DNA from: Botryllus schlosseri
Taxonomy: Eukaryota
NCBI GenBank assembly: GCA_051294905.1
Contig: CM119371.1
Span: 14,944,001-15,008,000 of the forward strand
Length of the DNA stretch: 64,000 nucleotides
Direction: 5' to 3'
The translations under genes and the position numbers were made by a program. Position 1 is the first letter of the stretch, and every line of letters begins with the position of its first letter. This document shows, piece after piece, positions 38,315 to 50,625 of this stretch. The notes beneath the pieces were generated by a model. It was not told where the DNA came from and did no database searches. It was given only the letters and a program-made list of their open reading frames with translations.

Positions 38315-40059
38315 TACTACTGATTGAAATCCTGATAATGCTGTGATGCACTAATAATTCATTCGTTGCTCGAGGGACCTGTTTGCAGCACTTCAACTCT
38401 CCCCTGATAGTTTGCATAAGTTGGCAACCTCCATCCTCACAACTGTAATTGATAATACCGAGATTAATAACTGGAAGGAGGTTCTCCACCAAATTACACG
38501 TACCGGTGTATCTCATTTGGTCTAGACAAGCGGCTTAAGCTGAACAAGCTAGGCTGATCATACTATATATCACTAACATCCTTAGGTTAGTCATCAATAA
38601 TCATACTCAAACGACCCCTCGTTTTCGGAGCAGCAAGAAGTTCCACTGATATGGGATCAAGCACATCAACACTTGAAACGTGTCCTCGTTTCAACATTAC
38701 TTTCGTAAGTGAGAGGACAAAGCATACTTACATTCGACATCTGAGTACTCGGACTCGCCTGGTGAATCCATTACAAGCGAAACCTCCGCCATAACTAACT
38801 AAAATAAGCGCCCTGCTACTGCAAGACCGCCAACCCTATAACATACATCTGCAGCGGCCAGAAGAGATGTCAACTACATGACGTCACAATGAACATTCCC
38901 CTTTTTCTGTAAACATACCAATATTGGGACTTTCGGTCAAAATTACGGCAATTTCCGATTAGTTTGAAATACGGAAAGTCGGCAATTTCGGTATGAAAAA
39001 AATTCTGAACATGATTCCGCAAAGTTGTCTATGAAGATGCAGTTGACCTTTAACTGTATTCAACCGGATAATCTCGCATTTTTGCCAATTCCATTGTTCG
39101 CGAATAAAGGTGTTGCGACTTGCTATAGAGCTAGAATAAAACTCCTATGATCCGTGTATTATCTATATATGCTTGATAATAAAGTATTAAAGTGAAAAGC
39201 GAGGGCACAAGGTAACATTTTGGGACCAGCTGACGGTCCGGCCCGCGGGCGATTTGAAGGCTTGAATCCGGCGACGCAATTTGAGTTTGACACCCCTGCT
39301 GTACACTACAGGTTAAAATGAATCAGACAAGGCATAATAATTCCACCTGTAGAGTGAGACTCTCGCGGTATCGGTAATGCCGGTACTGGTTTGTCTATGT
39401 TAATTACCAAGTACCCGTACTGCTAACTACAGTAGAATGCGTTCTTGCAGTTAAGCTTCAAGTTTTGAAATGGCCTCAAATCGGTCTAAATTCAATGAGG
39501 AAAGAAATAAAGATACCAAAACCCGCAATACCCGGACGAACTATTGCGGTGACATAGAGCTAACGATCAGCAACTGCTGACAAGTCGCTCGCAACCCTTT
39601 CGCAGACGGCATGTTGCGAATGCGAGTTGCGGATTTGCCGGCACTCCGGTCTGCATGGCCCCGTCGTAGACAGGCGCGATTCTCTCGTTTTATCGGGTCG
39701 CGTCGCGAGCTCAGTGTGCAACGGGGTTAAAGGATCTCGATATTGAAGTGTATACTGTATATACAGATGCCTATGATCGTGCCGTGGTGACTTATTTAAT
39801 GTAGGCACAGTGACTCTGGACAGTGGTGTCCGTTAACATATGATCATGCCGAAAAATAACCAGATGTCGGCAGTAACGACGTATTTCAACTTACTCGGAG
39901 TACGAGAGTACATTTTGCCCACTTACTGAAGTGACGCTGTTTTTGTGTGCTTCCGCTTCTACTTGAGCTTCTATTTCTACTTTTTTCTCACTTTGAAGGT
40001 AGAAAGTAGTTTTAGGTTGATTTAGCATCAGCGTAGGTACATCTTTTTTTAGGGGTCTG

Positions 40060-40405
40060 GAGGAACCGCAGTAAACCTCCCCACGTGACGCTTGTGATGA
40101 ACCCTGTGGCATTACACCATAGCACTATGTGCCACAAGCGCCCGTAATAGAGCCCTTTGTGTCATTGGACACAAAGCACCCATAAGGTTGCTTCAAACGT
40201 TTCTCCTTTTACAAACGATCGGCACAAGCATACTTGTGCCCCGGGATGCTGGCCCGTCGATGCGGCTTCATATCCCGGCCGGACTATGAAGGCCTGGCGG
40301 CCATACTCGTCCTGGGTAGTAAGAGTGATTGGACAGTAATGGTTGTACCGCTAGGGATTCGAATTGCCCAGTGTCCAACAAAACGATGCTTGCCGTAATA
40401 CACCC
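40060..40405 (-). mobile_element. SINE-like remnant
   Basis: GC-richer block with a B-box-like ttcgaatccc near its minus-strand 5' end. Confidence 0.3.
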
Positions 40406-40414
40406 AAATACTTG

Positions 40415-41152
40415 TTATCAAAGTTTTCTCGAAATATCCAGCTTTCCGCTTTGTGAATATCTAGTGACTCTCTGCTGAGAGCTTAACTTGCAATCCCACA
40501 ACATCAAGAGCAAAATACCCTACATGTAGGTAACCAGCGAGTGATGCTTCTGCAACCAATCAATGAAACTTATATAAAGAATACATTGCTGTAAAAAACT
40601 AGCAGGTGTACGGGATCCATCTTGATTTGGTAGGTTTAGTGTATCGTAAAAACCGAATCCGTGAGTTTGGGGTATTGGCTACTGTATAGCTCCCTAATGG
40701 GGTAATTTCGGAAGCAATTATAGAAACCCGTTTTGCGCTCTACTCAATATCAATATAGAAATAGTCATGCGCCGAACGACCGAATACATTTTTCGGTTTG
40801 GTCTATACACCACTAAGGCGTAAGCTTACAGTCCCTTGCAAGTCTTCGTCGAAATTGTTGGCAAATCGACGTAAGATATTGATTTTATGGGATCGTCATA
40901 TATCCTTTGATTGACCCAGTTGATAGATTTGGAGCCGTGTAGAAAGTCACTATGTAGATGTACTTCAGCAGTGTGGGATAAAGTGGCCCTAATCGTCGCT
41001 AGGTATCGTGGACCGTACATTATTATTAGGGTTGGAACTAGCAATATGACGTCACGTGAAGTCATAGGTTCGCGGCCGCGTTCACACAGAACCTTTCAAA
41101 AAGGTTCGCGTTCACACGAACCTGAACCTTTCAAAGGCTCACACCATCCCTA
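40415..41152 (-). mobile_element. hAT MITE family B, truncated diverged copy
   Basis: Reverse homology to 7585-8320; ends in cacaccatcccta. Confidence 0.8.
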
Positions 41153-42263
41153 GTAAAGACCAGAACGGGGACGGAAGTCTGGTCACCAGTGGTGTTATGG
41201 AATCATTAAACCGAATGCACCACCTAGACTGTAGAGCAGGGGTCGCCAACTCAAAATGGGTCGCGGGCCACTTTTCAAAATTCTTAGAGGCCGCGGGCCG
41301 CATGACTTCAATATCGAAATTAACATAGCCAACGCAGCGTATGATAACTCTACGTAAGTACAATGCTGTGCTCTCTTACATGGGCGATGGTCATATAATA
41401 ACCACAAAATGAATAATATTTTATTCAACAAACACAAATACAACAAAATATATCATGCTCATCAATTTCATTATATTTTGAACTATGAGCTGCGCACGAT
41501 ACCTGACAACACTCTGTAGCAACTAAAACAAGGTGGCCAACTTTTTTGCTATTCGCGGCCGCATTCCGGTGCATAGTGGTCATAAACAAACTGGTGCCAA
41601 ATGTCCACGTTCAAATCACCATGTCCATTGCTGGTACACTCCGTACAAATCTATTTACTCATATCGGCTTACTATGGGCACCGAGATCGTAAATATAGTA
41701 ATGTTGTGAAGAGCGACAGGGACTCGTACTGCAGTCTCTCGAAGCGCAAAATTTTTTTCATGTTCATGAGTGAATTTCGTCATTTAATATTAGTATAGTT
41801 TCACATAGAACAATCAAATATTCATCCTTTCTCGGCCCATGTGACCAGATTCACCGGTAGAGTTTATGCAGGGGGTATCTTCAAAAACATGGAGAAGCTA
41901 TTAATGCTGTGGTGCATCTTTGGGTGGGCCAATCCTCATTAGTCCCTTATGTTGCATGAAGGTATTTCTTGACCTCCCATTACAATTGTCGTTATAGTGG
42001 AAATATAATGGATTCGTCCAAACGCAGGCCTACCAGAAAAAAAATTAATTCGGGATGAAGAGAACACGATTAAGAATTGGTATTTCTTTATGGGACGTAT
42101 AATTTTGCTCTGCTGTTCGCATCTGTATTGTGGAACTCAGATTACAAAGGACACTGCTGTATTAAAATCCAAAGTCAGCTCGTATTGAAGCGCGCGTAGC
42201 ACGAAAAAAAATTCAAGACTACTTCAAAATTTACAATTAAATAGTATATTCATATTGAAATGA

Positions 42264-42296
42264 ACCCGAATATTTTCGGCTGACACTCGTCAGGGG
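42264..42296 (-). ncRNA. Minimal type I hammerhead ribozyme
   Basis: Minus strand accc-CTGACGA-gtgtcagcc-GAAA-ataTTC-gggt: intact core, stem I accc/gggt and palindromic stem III aatatt. Confidence 0.7.
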
Positions 42297-42398
42297 TAAT
42301 CGCCAGCAACTAGTAGAGAATTGGAAAGAACATTGTATATCAACAATCGTATCACAAAATATGACGTCACCAGCATGAAATTTCGAATGAGAGAGCGT

Positions 42399-42940
42399 TC
42401 AATGTACTATTTTTAGGTGATACACGAACTCCTTTTGTTGACAGAGTTTTGGTTGGTGTATTTTGATAAAAGTTGATTCCAAGGCACACAAATGGAATTG
42501 TGAACGGCCTCGACCTACGATTCGAAATCGGTCGTCTCGATAATTATTCGCACAAATCGGATTATCCAACAGATGTTTGCCGATGGCAGAATTAATTGCC
42601 TTTGATCGATCAGCATCAATCTTAAGTGGATGAGTTAAGGGTGAGCTTTTCACATCGCGTGACGCACGTGTTCTGATAAATCTGGGGACATGTTGGTTTA
42701 TGCGGTCCTGCAGACGTCTTGACGTTCTTCCCACGTAACCACAATCACAGTGGCACCTATATTCGTACACTACATTACTTTGTTGAAGTGCAGGAAGCAC
42801 GTCTTTGCGTGTTGAAGGGAGCAGTTGTGTTGTTGTAAAAATCACATTGGTTTTGACTGTATCGTAACATTTACCGACAGCAGAAATCAATTGTTTTTCA
42901 AAGCGGGTGGAAATGGGGCCAATCCAAGGTAGATGGATAT
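42399..42940 (-). pseudogene. Penelope-type GIY-YIG endonuclease (ORF C-terminus, RT missing)
   Basis: YIHLPWIG..KDVLP..SNVVYEYRCHCDCGYVGRTSRRLQDRINQH..SAIGKHL..LESTFIKIHQPKLCQQKEF. Confidence 0.88.
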
Positions 42941-43335
42941 AAATATTCGGGTTCATTTCAATATGAATATACTATTTAATTGTTTATTGAAGTTCTGTAC
43001 CTCCAAGAAGCACTTCAAAATTTGTAAATTCAATTTGCATAATATTGACAGCCGTCAACACATCCTAATTGAATTGAGTGTCGACGGCCGCAAAATTTTT
43101 ATTCCTCCATAGAATGATATTACCACGCCGAACCGAAGGAAAAACGATATTGGGGCTAGTAGAATGGCTTAATTTGAACAACAACAACAATATGTTTAAA
43201 CTGAAATCAATTTCGGCATTTCGAAATGCTTTACTGAGCGTTCTTCAAAAACTTCTCCAAATCAGGCTGCGGGCCGCAAAATATGACCTCGCGGGCCGCA
43301 TGCGGCCCGCGGGCCGCGTGTTGGTGACCCCTGCA

Positions 43336-45875
43336 CAGGGGTCGCCAACTCAAAATGGGTCGCGGGCCACTTTTCAAAATTCCTTGAGGACGCGGGCCGC
43401 ATGACATCAATATCGAGATTAAAGTAGGCTACGGAGTTTAATAAGCACGTCTGATAACTCTACGTTATTACAATGCTGTGCTCTCTAACATGGGCGACGG
43501 ACATAGTCAGAAATAACATTTTATTGAACAAACACAAATACAACAAAAAATATCAAGATCATCTATTTCATTATATTTTGAACTATGAGCAGTGCACGAT
43601 ACCTGACAACACTCTGTAGCAGCTAAAACCGGGGTGACCAGCTATTTGCTATTCACGGCCGCATTAAAATTACTCATATAGCCTGCGGCCGCATTCCGGC
43701 GCATAGTCGTAATGAACTAACTGGGGCCAAATGGCAAATAGCCACGTTAAACTGTCCAGTGTCCGTGTCCATTTTCCATTGCCGGTACACTTCGGACTAA
43801 TATATTTACGCATATCGGCTTACTGTGCGCACCGAGACCGTTACTAGTCATATTATAAAGCAGGGGTTCTCAACTTCCCTCGTATAACGGGCCGCATTTT
43901 CACACTAAAAGACGCTGCGGGCCGCAGAACATTATCACCATGTATTTGTGGGCTACTATTAAATTTATGCCTGTTTATCAGTCTTATTCGGCATTTAGTA
44001 CATTTCTATGTATACTAAAGCTTTAATGGAGAGCGTTCGTAAGTTTGCAGTTGCTGTTTTTGTGAGAATATTGATCATCAAGTGGCGCAAGTAAATCCCT
44101 TCATGGAGCGTACATTCCATCCGTTGCCATGTCGGTATAGTATATGCACCCTTCAAACCCTTCCACCACCAGAGAACCGAACTCTCTGTGTCAATGCGTG
44201 AGCAAGCAAGTATAAAATTACGGTGACTTTTTCGTTACTGAGGTCATTATCACTTTGAGCTCTCAGTGATATGAGAAGAATTGAGACGTTAGGGGTCATT
44301 TCTGAGCAAATCAATCAACTCTTCCCCTTTCCTTCCATGGCAGGAGCCCTACACCAATAGTTACAGAAGTCAGCATTGTCAAATTGATGTCCTGGTCCCC
44401 TTCCCACGTTTGCCCCGTCAGCATTTCCTCTGGAAATAAGCCCATGCCCACTCTGATAAAAAGCACCTGGATAATTAGCTATGCAATGTGTGTGCAGACT
44501 GTGCACTGTGTGCATCGATGGATAGGTCCAATGCTAGGCTAAAGTAGTCTACGCGGCAACGTGTTACAGAACATGCGATTAAAGATTGACTGAGATCGCT
44601 GTTACTCTTCTGGTGAGTGTCGAATCAGACAACTGTAGCTTCGAAATTTGTCAGGTGATGTAGCACTTGCTGCTATGTTCCGGAAACAGCGAATATTCGC
44701 ACAGTGCGTGAAAGTTTTATTGAAGTCATACCTTCTCTAGCAGATTCTTGGGTTTAGCGATATTCCAAGCAATTTTGAACAATGCGTCTGTCACGTCGTC
44801 GGCAATTTTAAAAATGATTCGAAATATGGATTGCTGGGCTTGAAACCAAGCTAGCAACGTTTGATATGTATAACTCCAGATGAAACTATCGTGCTATCAT
44901 TTCAGGCTTCTAGGCTTTGTTACAACAACCGTTCTTCGACAAATGTGACACATCGGTCTTCCATAACAATACAGGGCCAGTAGTGATTATATTGAATGAT
45001 GTCGCGGGCCGCAAAAGACTCGTCTGCGGGCCGCATGCGGCCCGCGGGCCGCGGGTTGAGAACCCCTGTTATAAAGAGTCACATGGACGCTACCTGTAAT
45101 CGCGCGAAGCGCGAAAAACATTTTCTGGCTAATTAGTGAATTTCGTCATCAAATATTAGTATAGTTTCATATATAACTATAAAATATTTATCCTTTTTCG
45201 GCCAATGTGATCAGATTCACCGATAGAGCTGATGCAGCGGTTGTCTTCGAAAACTCAGGGAAGTTATTAATGCTGTGCTGCATCGTTGGTTGGGCCAATT
45301 CTTATTAGTCCCCTTTGTTGCATGCAGTTATTTCTTGACCTCCCATCAGATTTGTCGACAGTAGATTCGTAAATTAAATTTGCATATTGACCGCCGCGAA
45401 AACATCCTATTTGAATTAAGTGTCGACGGCCGCATAATTTTCCTTCTACTGCCGCAGATCGGCCACCCCTGCATTGAAGAATCGATATTGGGGTTAGCTA
45501 AACACGGTAGTCTACTTGCTGGAAAACTATCTCCTCGTAAAGCATGGTCTTTTGGAGAGCCCGAAGTAGTTTTTCAGGCGGCTCGGTCTTGGCAGTGGTG
45601 AACCATTGCACGTCAAGGCAATATGCCCATTCATATCAGCAAAATCTTCCTCGGTGGAATGATATTACCACGCCGAAGCCGTATCAGCTAGTGAGGAATA
45701 GTGATATTGGGCACACTAGAATGGCTTACTTTGAACAACAACAATATTATCAATTTCAGCATTTCAAAATGCTTTACTAAGCGTTTTCCGAAATATTTCC
45801 AGATCAGGCCGCGGGCCGCAAAATATGACCTCGCGGGCCGCATGCGGCCCGCGGGCCGCGTGTTGGTGACCCCGA
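43336..45875. mobile_element. hAT MITE family G, copy 3 (head-to-tail with copy 2)
   Basis: Starts caggggtcgccaac 2 bp after the end of copy 2; ends gttggtgaccccga. Confidence 0.8.
43861..45068 (-). mobile_element. Charlie/Buster-type hAT deletion derivative
   Basis: caggggttctcaac/gttgagaacccctg; TSD ttataaag; minus-strand remnant FKIAWNIAK..LQLSDSTLTRRV..YFSLALDLSID at ~44515-44830. Confidence 0.88.
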
Positions 45876-46190
45876 GTCTAGAAACTGAATAGCGAGTAGG
45901 TAACCACTTGAGCAATTGGTGCAATTAGGCAAAACCTACTGTAATACTCGAAAAAGCAGAAATACTTAGTTACTAACTCCCTCTGATTATAATGTGGCCT
46001 TGCTAGTATTTTTACATCCAATCGTAGCAGAAATAGAATGGATGCAACACTGTTCATATATATGCTATGAAGTTTCGGAAACGCGAGATGGCATATTTTG
46101 TAACATCGATTGAATATCTCGAGGTTATCGGTTTTATCGGTGTAGCATCGAAATTCCGATATCGGTTGACCTCTAGTCATGTGTTTATAG

Positions 46191-46582
46191 TAGGGCTGGG
46201 CACAATGATTCGAGTACTCGAATCTGAATCGAGTATTATTTCTAATGATTCGAGTCGAGTAGTAAAAGACTAATTTTTCGAGTAGTGAAAATATACGCTC
46301 CTCGCAACTGAAAGGTAATTTACTAACGAGAATTAAAGTGTTGATACTATTTTCCACTGAGGAAGCCTTGAAACCTTGATTGGCCGTGTCGCACCATGCC
46401 AGACATAGTATAAAGCTACGACATAAAAGCGGCCACGGCATAAAAGGTATATATTTGAAATTCGACATAGTATATTCTGTTGTGACGTCATAATGAGTAA
46501 TACTCGATTACTCGACTCGACTCGAAGCATATTACGTGATTCAGAATCGAATCACTCAGGTACTCGATTTTGCCCAGCCCTA
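46191..46582. mobile_element. hAT MITE (tagggctgggca..tgcccagcccta)
   Basis: TSD gtttatag at 46183-46190 and 46583-46590. Confidence 0.9.
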
Positions 46583-47916
46583 GTTTATAGTCAGGAATAT
46601 GGCGTCACCAACTGCGATCTGAAGCTGTAGTCAAATTAATTTCTTGAGCTAGTTGGTGATCAAACCAATTACGTGCCCCATTGAGCACCAGCCGCGCTTT
46701 CATATCGTTCGCATTTTGTCTTTGACGAGCGCGAGAGAATCGGATCTGTCACACAGCATCGATGCCGATCCTGTTCTAAATCGATATGTTATTGGGACAG
46801 AGCAGGCAGGCAGTTCGTGAGAACATGGCTCCGATTTGATAATACCACGCTTTCTTCGTGCCTGGTCATGTAGCCTATAATCTTTACAAATTAGGTGTCA
46901 GGCATTCGGAGATTATCAGCTTATATGAACTACTATACGGTACTAATTGATCGTGGAGCTGTGCAGTTCAAACGTGTGTCTGATTTCACCAGCCGTATGA
47001 TTCTGATACAATTGACTTCCAAATCTGATAGAAATACCACATTTTGTTGGCTCCGCGATGTAACTTAAAGGTAGAGCTCTGATATGCTTCGTAAGACGAC
47101 AGGTAGGTATCAGTATACTTATACATGAGACATACAAGCGGTCGGTCGTTGAACTGATAGTATGGATTTTTTTCCACTGCCGTACTCGTATATTGGTAAT
47201 TGTGTACATATTGCTATAATTTATTCACCCTCTCACAGCCCACGTAACCAGAGTTACCGGTAAAGCGGGGTCAGGTGCTGTGTAGAAAAGTTTAGGGCAC
47301 TTAATGAATAATTAAACATATTCGGGCGGGTCGGTTGCCAAAATCTACATCTAGCTCCATTAAATCGCCCGAAGCGCGAAAACAAGATGAATCATGTTGC
47401 AATAATTTAAAAAAATACTATATAGGCTACTTATGTTCACTCACTAAATAATTTCTGGCCCCCTTCGTGCTCGGAATCCCAATCGGGAGGTTCGTGGGGC
47501 GGCGGTTTCGATCTCCTTTACGTATATGTCACTCTTTCGAATAATATTTTCGGTAATTTCATACTTTCACACATCCAACAGGGGTACGTACTATCTTTTT
47601 CGTACGTGCGCCACGATACTGGATGTAAGGTGTGTTCTGCGTCCGTTCACATTGCATACTCCTTTGCTCGATGTCCTCTCTCACAAATCTGGAGAATGGT
47701 GAAACTATGTCCATTGTCCGTGCGTCTGTTGAATTTCAAAACCAACCATAACGTTGGCTTATGCTTGTTACTTGTACCTGAGGTTGCTACTCACTTCATG
47801 CTAGTTTGGGTCCTTCTGAATTTGGGGTGCGACAGATTGAAAACTATCATTGGAAAATATAACGTTAATTTCAGTCTTAGAGTATTTTCATAGCGGAATA
47901 AATTGTAGGCTCTGTG

Positions 47917-48704
47917 ATGAATATCGTTTACAAAAAATCTAAAACGCACCCTGGCAATCTCTTCTCACAACTGAAAGCGAACGGGGAGTTTTGCGACATC
48001 ACAATAAAATGCGGAGACATTCAAGTTACGGCCCATAAATGCGTTTTAGCCGAGTCCACGGAGTATTTCAGAGTGATGTTCTCGAACGACGCGTACGAAG
48101 CCAATACCGGAATCATAGACTTCTCTACGTCAATGACTCCAGAGGTTATGAACCAATGTGTCGACTTCATTTATTTGGGATCTGTAGCGATATCCACGCC
48201 AATCGCAAAAGGCCTGCTTGAGGCGGCGGAAATGCTGCAGCTGCTGGACCTATCTGAACTCTGTTACGAATTTTTGACCGAAAACATGGAGCTGGAAACT
48301 TTTGAAGAAGTTGTCTCGTGGTATCGTCTCTACAAGAAGCATCCTTGGAATGGCCCGATAAGGATGTTTGTTCATGCTAATGTAAAACCACTTCTAACGT
48401 CTGGTCGTATCAAGCTGCTGGATTACGAAACGATGGGATATTTTTTCGATTTGATGCGAGGGGCCTTTGCACCGTCCGAGTAGCCTACTTTAAATGGTCG
48501 GCACTGCAGGCTTGGACACACGAGAATGTCAAAGAAAGAGAGACCCAGTTTCACGACCTGTTTTCAAAGATCGATCTGCAAGGCATTCCGAGGGACATAG
48601 TCGAAACGATAATTTGTGCGGAGAGCTTACTTGATGGCTCGCTGAAATGCCTGCGACATATTTGCAAATACTTCGCAAGCCAGCTACCTTGCTTGGAGCT
48701 ATAA
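47917..48704 (+). pseudogene. BTB-BACK paralog disrupted by a 5-bp insertion
   Basis: Collinear with 4349-5119; stop at 48481-48483; homology resumes at 48486 (YFKWSALQAWTHEN..FHDLFSKIDL) to TAA at 48702-48704. Confidence 0.85.
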
Positions 48705-49633
48705 CCTATCAAACGCAGATCTGGCGACATGGAGCCATGCTGACCGTCGAAGCAGATTTCAAAGTATCGCATATCGAAATCCAATGCTGATACAATCACT
48801 ACCCAAGGTGAGGAATAATGCGGTTAAGTTGTAATTGCTACATTTCTCTGGCCTGGACATAATTTCGAACTTTTTCAGCGCGCGTGAGCACTGAGCAGTG
48901 AGCAGGTTAATTACCGATAGAGGCCGAAGCGAAAACGAATCATGCACAAAACAAAATTACAATGAGAAATAACTTGAAGTTTCACAAGAACCCAATGGTA
49001 TACGCACTAACAGTGTACCAGTCATAATATTACCTCAAATTGCACCACAGTACCTGAATTATAAAATAATATGCGAACTAGCGAAGGAAACGAAGCAAGC
49101 AATAGAGCAAAAAATCACGCTGAAAATAGAAAATACAGCTTCGTTTGCGTATGTTGTCTTCCAAAAGTCGCCAGATGATTGGGGAACATCATGTTGTATA
49201 TTCATTATTTGTATAACCAAATGTCGTGTTTGTATATTGTCAGCTAGCTCCTCATATTGAATGTGCATGTTGGTATACCAATAGAACTGAGCGATGCTGT
49301 ATATATTTGGATAATGCAAATTTATTGTAAAAACAAGTATAGAAGTGGCGCACAAAACCTGTGCCGTGATAAGAGCCACTATCACGATTTTTACTTATAA
49401 TAATAATGATAATAATCAGATTGATCTCTTGTAAAATAAAGAGAGGGCGTGAAATATTGAACTGTTCAATGTACCAGTCGGCAAAAACTACTGGATTGGT
49501 CAGGGGCGAAATACTGTTATGGAGCAGAAAAATAGGTTTATACATACTTGCACACTTGCACAGTGACGTGTGGTCAAGGGTGGCAAGTGAGGCAGTGCCT
49601 CAGCTGTCGCCAGGATGGGTAAAGGGAAATTAT

Positions 49634-50625
49634 TAGGGATGGTGTGAACCTCTGAAAGGTTCGGGTTCGTGTGAACGCGAACCTTTTTGAAAGGTTCTGT
49701 GTGAACACGAACGTGAACCTCGTGACGTCATATTGCTAATTCAAACCCTATCTTTCAATGAAGTGATAGCCTATATTAATGTAAACGATGCCTAGCGAAG
49801 ACTCGGGCCACATAATGTTACATTGCCGAAGTACATATTCGCGTTTTAAACGTCGCTAAATGTATCAACCGCGGCTATCAAACGATATAATAATCTCATA
49901 AAATCAATACATTCCGTCGCTTTGCCAACAATTTCGACTAAAACTTACCAGGGAATATAAGCTTACGCTTTAACGGTCTTAGCCTGACCGGACAATGTGT
50001 TCGGAGTTCGAGTATTGCTACATTGATATTGAGCAGAGTGTGAAACGGGTTTCTACATTCTATACTCGCTACCGATACCATAAACAACAAGCTATATAGC
50101 AGTAGCCAGCACCTTAATCGCACGATTTTGGTTTTAATGATACAGTAAAGATATGAAGTCAAGATTGACCCCGTACGCCCGCTCGATTTTTTACACCAGA
50201 AAACGATATCAATGTCATTGATTGGTTAAATAAGAATCATTCGCTGACTACGTATATCGCTCGTGATGTTGTGTGATTGCGGGTCAAGCTCACAGCAGAG
50301 AGTCGCTAAATATTCACAAACGCAAAGCTGGATATTTCGAGAATTTTTTTGTAACAAAATAAAAAAAGTAAAACTTTTAAGGTTGTCAAGGTGCATGCTC
50401 GTTTAGTGTTTATTTCTTATGCTGCCAGCGCCATGCATAGAGTGACCCGCAGTTGAAATGCACTAAATTTGACCCAAAAGATCTTATAATGAAGTGCAAA
50501 TTACAATTTATCAAAAAGGTTCACAGTGCAGAACCTACCAAGGTTCTGTTGTGAACGCGAACCTCTATATTTCCGAGGTTCACACACAGAACGCGAACGT
50601 GAACCTCACGTTCACACCATCCCTA
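49634..50625. mobile_element. hAT MITE family B, copy 2
   Basis: TSD gaaattat at 49626-49633 and 50626-50633. Confidence 0.92.

Larger units (their letters stand above)
35900..38460 (-). pseudogene. Kolobok accessory ORF (KolX, P2X7 C-terminal-like Cys-rich), split by a MITE
   Basis: CEDGGCQLMQT..ELKCC; CITALSGFQSVVC reads across the MITE junction 38315/36188; after an AG acceptor the frame reads KLRKTVHGNFVCWPLGF..RKIL..FKGF. Confidence 0.65.
30566..39049 (+). mobile_element. Kolobok DNA transposon, decayed
   Basis: ttaa|aggtcaactgcatcttca ... tgaagatgcagttgacct|ttaa: perfect 18-bp TIR, TTAA TSD, purine-purine terminus; THAP and KolX-like remnants inside. Confidence 0.85.
30063..39298. mobile_element. 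hAT (Charlie-like) MITE inflated to 9.2 kb
   Basis: TIR caggggtgtcaaac/gtttgacacccctg; flanks ctgtacag/ctgtacac (7/8 match). Confidence 0.8.
42233..43011 (-). mobile_element. 5'-truncated Penelope-like retroelement with inverted terminal segment
   Basis: GIY-YIG ORF; 43-bp inverted repeat 42233-42275/42941-42983; 12-bp flanking direct repeat acttcaaaattt at 42221 and 43012. Confidence 0.85.
41237..43333. mobile_element. hAT MITE family G, copy 2 (hosts the Penelope fragment)
   Basis: caggggtcgccaac..gttggtgacccctg; homologous to 36954-38110. Confidence 0.85.

Noticed and set aside
39770..40060. THAP-like (LKKDVPTL) and hAT-like (VTADIW) peptide scraps
   Set aside because: Too short and degraded to support a call.
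45878..46468. 196-aa ORF as a gene
   Set aside because: It spans the 46191 MITE boundary and has no domain signal.
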